Source: the human T2T-CHM13v2.0 reference genome, Homo sapiens
Assembly: GCF_009914755.1 (NCBI RefSeq)
Contig: NC_060945.1
Strand: one strand, 5' to 3'
DNA length: 64,000 nucleotides
The notes below the pieces were generated by a model. That model saw nothing but the letters and a program-made list of their open reading frames with translations. It ran no database searches and was not told where the DNA came from. Of the stretch, positions 57,608-64,000 are shown one piece after another (positions within the stretch are counted from its first letter, which is position 1; the number at the start of each line of letters is the position of its first letter). The position numbers and the translations under genes are program-made.

Positions 57608-57964
57608 TAATATGGTTTGGCTGTGTCCCCACTCAAATCTCATCTTGAATTGTAACTCCCACAATTCCCACATGTTGTGGGAGGGACCCAGTGGGAGGTA
57701 ATTGAATCATGGGGGTGGGTCTTTTCTGGGCTAAACTCATGATAGTGAATAAGTTTTATGAGATCTGATGGTTGTATAAAGGGGAGTTTCCCTGCACAAG
57801 CTCTCTTGTTTGCTGCCATGTGAGATGTGCCTTTCACCTTCCACCAGGATTGTGAGGCCTCCCTGGCCACATGGAACTGTGAGTCCATTAAACTTCTTTC
57901 TTTTGTAAATTGCCCAGTCTCAGGTATGTCTTTATCAGGAGTGTGAAAGTGGACTAATAATATA
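57608..57964 (+). mobile_element. THE1B-like solo LTR
   Basis: ATATGGTTTGGCTGTGTCCCCAC...GGACTAATA; TSD TAGTA. Confidence 0.88.
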
Positions 57965-58057
57965 TAGTACAAAAGAAAAAAAGTAATGGGAAAAATTAAT
58001 ACATTTGATTATATCAGAATTTAAAACTTAAAGATACCACAAAAATTTAAAGGTTAA

Positions 58058-58855
58058 TGTGGTAGTCAGTTTTATATGTCCATGTGGGTAAGCAATGGTT
58101 TCGTATTAGTCAATAAAACCCAAATAGGTGTTACTGTGAAGATATTTGGAAGATGATGTGGTTTGGCTCCATGTCCCCACCCAAATCTCATGTTGAATTT
58201 TAATTCCCAGTGTTAGAGGAGGGACCCGGTAGAAGGTGATTGGATCATGGGGGTGGAATTCCCTCTTGCTGTTCTTCTTATAGTGAGTGAGTTCTCATGA
58301 GATCTGGTTATTTAAAAGTGCATAGCACTTCTACCTTCACTCTCTCTCATCCCCATGTGAAGATGTGCTTGCTTCCTCTTCACTTTTTGCCACGATTGTA
58401 AGTTTCCTGAGGCCTCCCCAGCCATGCCCCTGGTACAGCTTGCAGAACTGTGAGTCTATTAAACCTCTTTTCTTTATAAATTACCCAGTTTCATTTAGTT
58501 CTTTTTGGCAGTGTGAGAACAGACTAATATAGAAGATTTGATTAAAGTCCATAGTAAGTTGACTTTAGTAATGAAGATTATTCTAGGTAATATAAGTGAA
58601 GTGGGCCTGATTTAATCTGTTGAAAGGGCATAAAAGAATAATTTAGGTTTTCCTAGGGGGAAGAAATTCTGCTCTATGGATAGCAGCTTTAGTTTATGTC
58701 AAGAGCCCCAGCCTGCTCCTCCTCAAAGCCTGCCCTACAGATTTTGGACTTGCCTAAAAAGTTCCCACAGTTGCATAGGCCAATTAGTTGCAATAACTCT
58801 TTTAATATATATCTTCTGGAGGTTATTTTTCTCTTGATGAATATTGAGTGATACA
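58058..58855 (+). mobile_element. Old MLT2 LTR split by MSTA
   Basis: TGTGGTAGTCAGTTTTATATGTC...GTTACTGTGAAGATATTT, resuming as GTTGACTTTAGTAA...GCCTGCCCTACAGATTTTGGACTTGCC. Confidence 0.7.
58154..58531 (+). mobile_element. MSTA-like solo LTR
   Basis: TGATGTGGTTTGGCTCCATGTCCCCACCCAAATCTCATGTTGAA...GAACAGACTAATATA; perfect TSD GAAGA. Confidence 0.88.
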
Positions 58856-60313
58856 ACAAGTGATAGCTTGAAAGAAAATATTTTTGTGTGTTATCAAAAA
58901 GGAGTAGATTTCAGACCAGGATGGTGAAGTAAGAAGTCTTGGGCCCCAATTCCCCTTACAGAAAGTTCAACTACCAACTATTTGTGGACTAGAACATTCT
59001 TTCAAAAACCGGAACACCTGGAAACAAGTCTGAGACACCAGCGTGCTATGTAGAAATGAACAATATCTGAATTAGAAAGGTAAGAGGACTAGTCTCACTC
59101 TGACCATGCTCTCTGTCCCCCAAGTCAGCATAGTGTCAGACAGAGAGGATTTTCCTGGACTCAGTTTCTACAATGGGGAAAGAGGACTGGGGCAAGTCAC
59201 TCAGCTTCCTTAGCATTCCAAGGTACTTCTAGGAAGCCAAGTCTGATCTCACTCCATGGGGAACACTAAGATAAATAGCATGGCTTACCTGTCCTTGGAT
59301 TAAATAGAAACAAAGAAATGTGACCAGTGCACAAATCTTGGTGGTAGCTCGGTGTTCCTGCCAACTGAAGCACTCAGAGATATCAGCTAAACTTATAGTA
59401 CACTGGCAAAGCTGAGCTGCTTGACTTTAGAAGGATGATGGAAATCATAATCTAGCGTGAGCCACTAGACTGTTATTCTTCCTAGCTTAAGAACCCACCC
59501 CAACTACCCTGCCCAATTAGGGAGACTCCCACTTCCATGGATCTCAGCAAAGCAAAGGGCTACATTGGCTTTATCCAGGAAGGTAGACAGCAACTCTGCA
59601 TAGCCAAAAAGCCTGCCCTATAACCCTGCATAGACAGGGAGATTCTCGCCTCTGCAGATCTCAGAAAAGTTAAGTGGCTCTACACCAGCCTAACCCAGAA
59701 AGGCAAGCAGTGGCTCTGAGCAGTTAAAAAATCGACCCAACAATCCTGCCCAGGTAGAAAGATTCTCACCTCTGTATTTTTTGGAGAAATGTAACAGCTA
59801 GTCCTGCTTGATCTGAAATGTCAAACAGCCACTTATCTAAGCCAAAAGCTCACCCTACAGCTCCACCCAGACAGCGGGACAATCCCCAATTACACATTTC
59901 TAAGGAGCATAGCCTCAGGTCTCACCTGCCCAGATAAGTGTCTCCATCTAACTTTAGGGCCCAACCTGCAGCCATGCCCAACTGCAGATTCCAAATAGTG
60001 GAAATGCCCAAGCAGGGGGTATATCTTGTGGCCAGCCTGACCAGAAGCCATCACAATACCCAGTAGCTCCACTTGATATCAAAGCAATGGCAGTGGCCCA
60101 GCCAGCTAGAGATCGCATAACAAGCTCTGCTTCCCTGAGGTCATCAGCTGGCACTTCCAGAATCACAGCTAGACTAAACAGTAAAACATTATCCCTTCCA
60201 AAGAACTTGTAAGGACCAGGAGAAGGGGCTGTCTTTTCAGATGCACAGACAACAACATAAGGGAACAAATATTACAAAGAATTAGGAAATCATGACGCTT
60301 CAGAAAGAAACTA

Positions 60314-60650
<337 letters not shown>

Positions 60651-61520
60651 CTATAAAATGACTAAAAAAAATTTAGAATAATACTCATAAACAAGTTTAT
60701 TGAATTACAAAAATACACAGATAGATTTCTAAAATTTCTAAAATTTGGAAAATAATACCCAAAAAGTGAGAATATTGACAAGAAAATAGAAACAGTAAAA
60801 AAGAACCACATAGAAATCTTAGAGATGAAGAATACAATGATTAAACAGAAATATTCAATAGAAAGTTTAAACAGCAGAATTAATCAGGTGGAAAAAAGGG
60901 TCAATGAGCTGGAAGATAGAACATTGAAATTTTTCAGTAAGAGGAGTTAAAGAATGAAAAAGAATGACAAAAGTCTATGGGAATTATGGAATTCAATCAA
61001 GAAACTAAACCTTTCAATCACAGGAATTCCAGAAGGAGAACAAAGAGAGAAAGGGCCAGAAAGCATATTTAATAAAATGATGGCTAAAATTTTCCTAATC
61101 TAGGAAAGATACCAACACCCAGGTGCAGAAAGCATGGAAGTCCTTGTCAAAATTAATTCAAAGAGGAGTATACTAAGACATCTAATAATCAAACTATCAA
61201 AAATTAAAGACTAATAACAAATTCTAAAAGCAGCAAGAGATGAGAAACATATCACACACAAAGGAAGGCTGATACAACTGTCAGTGGATTTCTTAGCAAA
61301 CTCTACAAGCCTGGAGAGAGTAGAATGATATATTCAAAGTGCTGAATGAAAAAAAAGTCAACAAAGAGTACTTTATCCAGCAGAGCTGTTCTTTAGAAAT
61401 GAAGAAGACAGAGAGTTAGCAAGGTTGTTGAATTCAAGTTCATCTTAAAAAAAAAACCTATTAGCATTCCTATACATCAGTAATAACAAATTAGAAAAGG
61501 TAATAGAAAAAGAGATTCTA

Positions 61521-61796
61521 GGTTGGGCGCGGTGGCTCACGCTTGTAATCCCAGCACTTTGGGAGGCCAAGGCGGGCGGATCACGAGGGCAGGAGATTGA
61601 GACCATCCTGGCTAACATGGTGAAACCCCGTCTCTACTAAAAATACATAAAAAATTAGCCAGGTGTGGTGGCGGGTGCCTGTGGTCCCAGCTACTCGGGA
61701 GGCTGAGGCAGGAGAATGGCGTGAACCCCCGGGGGCGGAGCCTGCAGTGAGCCGAGATGGCGCCACTGCACTCCAGCCTGGGCGACAAAGCGAGAC
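61521..61796 (+). mobile_element. Tailless AluY-like copy
   Basis: CpG-rich AluY with CCCCCGGGGGCGGAGCCTGCAG, ending at GCGAGAC without TCCGTCTC or poly(A). Confidence 0.92.
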
Positions 61797-62779
61797 AGAG
61801 ATTTTCCCAGACAAAGAAAAGCTGAGAGGGTTCATTGCCAGATCTGACTTACAAGAAATGTTAAAAGGAGTTTTCAAGCTGAAAAGAGGTATTGAAGTCC
61901 CCTGCTATATTATATTTCAGTTAATTTATTCCTTTAGATTTATTAATATTTGCTTTGTATATGTAGGTTCTTTGATATTGAGTGAATGTGTATTTATGAT
62001 GGTTATATTCTTTTACTGGATTGACTGCTTTATCATTATGTAATGATCTTCTTTGTTTCTTTTAATGGTGTTTAAAGTCTATTTTACCTGGTACAAGTAA
62101 AGCTACCCCTGCTTTCTTGATTTCCATTTGTATGAAATATTTTTCTATCCCTTTACTTTCAGTCTATGTGTGTCCTTACCAGTGAAGTGAGTCTCTTATA
62201 CGCAGTATATAGTTGGGTCTGATTATTTTATCCATTCAGCCTTTCAATGTCTTTTAATTGGAGAATTTAATCCATTTATTTTCATTTGTTTTATTTCTAT
62301 TGGTTTTATAGATCCTTTCTTCCTATCTTCCTATCTTCCTTTGTGGTGAAATTATTTTCTCTAGTAGTATGTTGATTTCTTGCTTTTTATTTTTGTATAT
62401 ATATTACAGATTTTTGCTATGTTGTAATTACAGATAAATTATTAATACTAGTAAGAGAGTTAGCAACATTCCAGGATACATCATCTATTAGACCACAAAA
62501 TAAGTCTTAACAAATTTAAAATGTTTTAAATCATGTCTAGTACTTGTTCTGATCATAATGGTTTAAAACTAGATATCAGTAATAGGAGGAACTTCAGAAA
62601 CTTTACAAATACCTTATAATTAAAGAACATGCTCCTTAACAACCAACAGGTCAATGAAGATATTAAAAAGAAAATTTTAAAAATTCCTGAGACAAATGAA
62701 ATGGAAACACAGCATACCAAAACCCATGGAATACAGTAAAAGCAGCTCTAATAAGGAAGTTTATAGCAGTAAACACCTA

Positions 62780-63711
62780 ATACAAAGCTCCCAAACAGCA
62801 AAAGAAATAATCAACAGAGTAAACAGACAACCTACAGAAGGGAGAAAATATTTGCAAACTGTGCATCTGACAAAGTGCTAATATCCAGAATCTACAAGAA
62901 ATTCAACCTAATAAGAAACACACACACAGACACACACACACACACACACACATAACTTCATTAAAAAGTAGTCAAAGGAGACAGACATTTTTGAAAAGAA
63001 GACATACAGACGGCCAAAAAGCACATGAAAAATAAAAAATATAAAAACACAGATGTTGGCAAGGATTTGGGAAAAAGAGAAAGTTTATACACTCTGGGAA
63101 TGTACCAGCTCTTTGGAAAACAGGATATGGATTGCTCAAAAAGTTAAAAATAGAACTACCATTTGACCCAGTAATCCCACTCCTAGATATCTGTCCAAAG
63201 GAAAAAAAATCATTACATAAAAACCGTGCCTCCACTCATATATTTTTGCAGCACTATTTATAATAGCAAAGTCCTGGAATCAATCTAAGTGTGCATCAGC
63301 AGATGATTGGATAAAGAAAATGTGGCATATATATACTATGGAATACTACTTAGCCATAACAAACAATGAAAATGTGTCTTTTACAGCAACATGGATGAAA
63401 CTGGAAGCCATTATTTACGTGCAACAACTGAGAAACAGAAAGTCAAATATGCATCTTCTCACTTATAAGTAGTAGCTAAATAAGGGTAGAGACAGACATA
63501 CAGAGTGGAATAACAAACATTGGAAACTACAAAAGGTTGAAGTATGGGAGAGGGATGAGAACTGAGAAATTACCTATTCTGTACAGTTTACATTTTTAGG
63601 TAATGGTACTCGAAAAACCCAGACTTTACCTCTACATAATAATCCATGTAACAAAAATGCACTTGTTCCCCTAAATCTACAAAGATAAAAAGAAGAAAAA
63701 AGAAAAAAAAA
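62780..63711 (+). mobile_element. 5'-truncated L1MA1/2-like 3' end nested in the older L1
   Basis: Jump from early ORF2 to late ORF2 (TAKEIINRVNRQPTE), then 3' UTR and A tail; host ORF2 resumes at AAAAGAAGAAAGATC; (CA)n at 62917-62952. Confidence 0.75.
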
Positions 63712-64000
63712 GTTTATGTTAAAAGAAGAAAGATCTTAAATAAACAAGCTAACATTACACTTCAAGAAATAAAAAAAACAAGAACTAATTAAACCCACAA
63801 TTAATAGAAGGGTGGAAATAATAAAGATCAGAGCAGAAATAAATGAAATAGACACTAAAAATCAACAAAATTAAGAGTTTGTTTTTTGAAAAGATAAATT
63901 GACATTTAGCTAGACTAAATAAGAAAAAAAGAGGAAATAAAATAGCAGGTAAAAAAGAAGACATTACAACTACAGAAATATAAAGGATCATAGGAGTCTA

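Overview
Primate (human or great-ape-like) non-coding genomic DNA, made mostly of transposable elements. I see no intact protein-coding gene, RNA gene, CRISPR array or new multi-gene system. The long ORFs in the track are decayed L1 ORF1/ORF2 pieces or read-through of Alu, THE1 and microsatellite sequence. Content: an RPL37 processed pseudogene; a full-length L1PB1-like element carrying an AluY and a solo LTR7 (HERV-H); a 5'-truncated L1PA3-like element; an internally deleted L1PB4-like element carrying a 968-bp solo LTR5 (HERV-K HML-2); a complete two-LTR THE1 element; many solo MaLR/ERVL/ERV1 LTRs; MER63, MER96B, MER91 and MADE1 DNA elements; about 15 Alus; MIR and L2 remnants. The most unusual features are structural. 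(1) One retrotransposition target site occurs three times and was apparently used twice, by the RPL37 retrocopy and the L1. (2) Several short segments appear to have been copied from nearby DNA (about 150, 117, 197, 387 and 35 bp), including a tailless AluY copied with its flank next to an internal L1 inversion. (3) A divergent pair of CTCF-like motifs lies at 40.6-41.5 kb. Subfamily names come from remembered consensus sequences and need RepeatMasker/Dfam confirmation.
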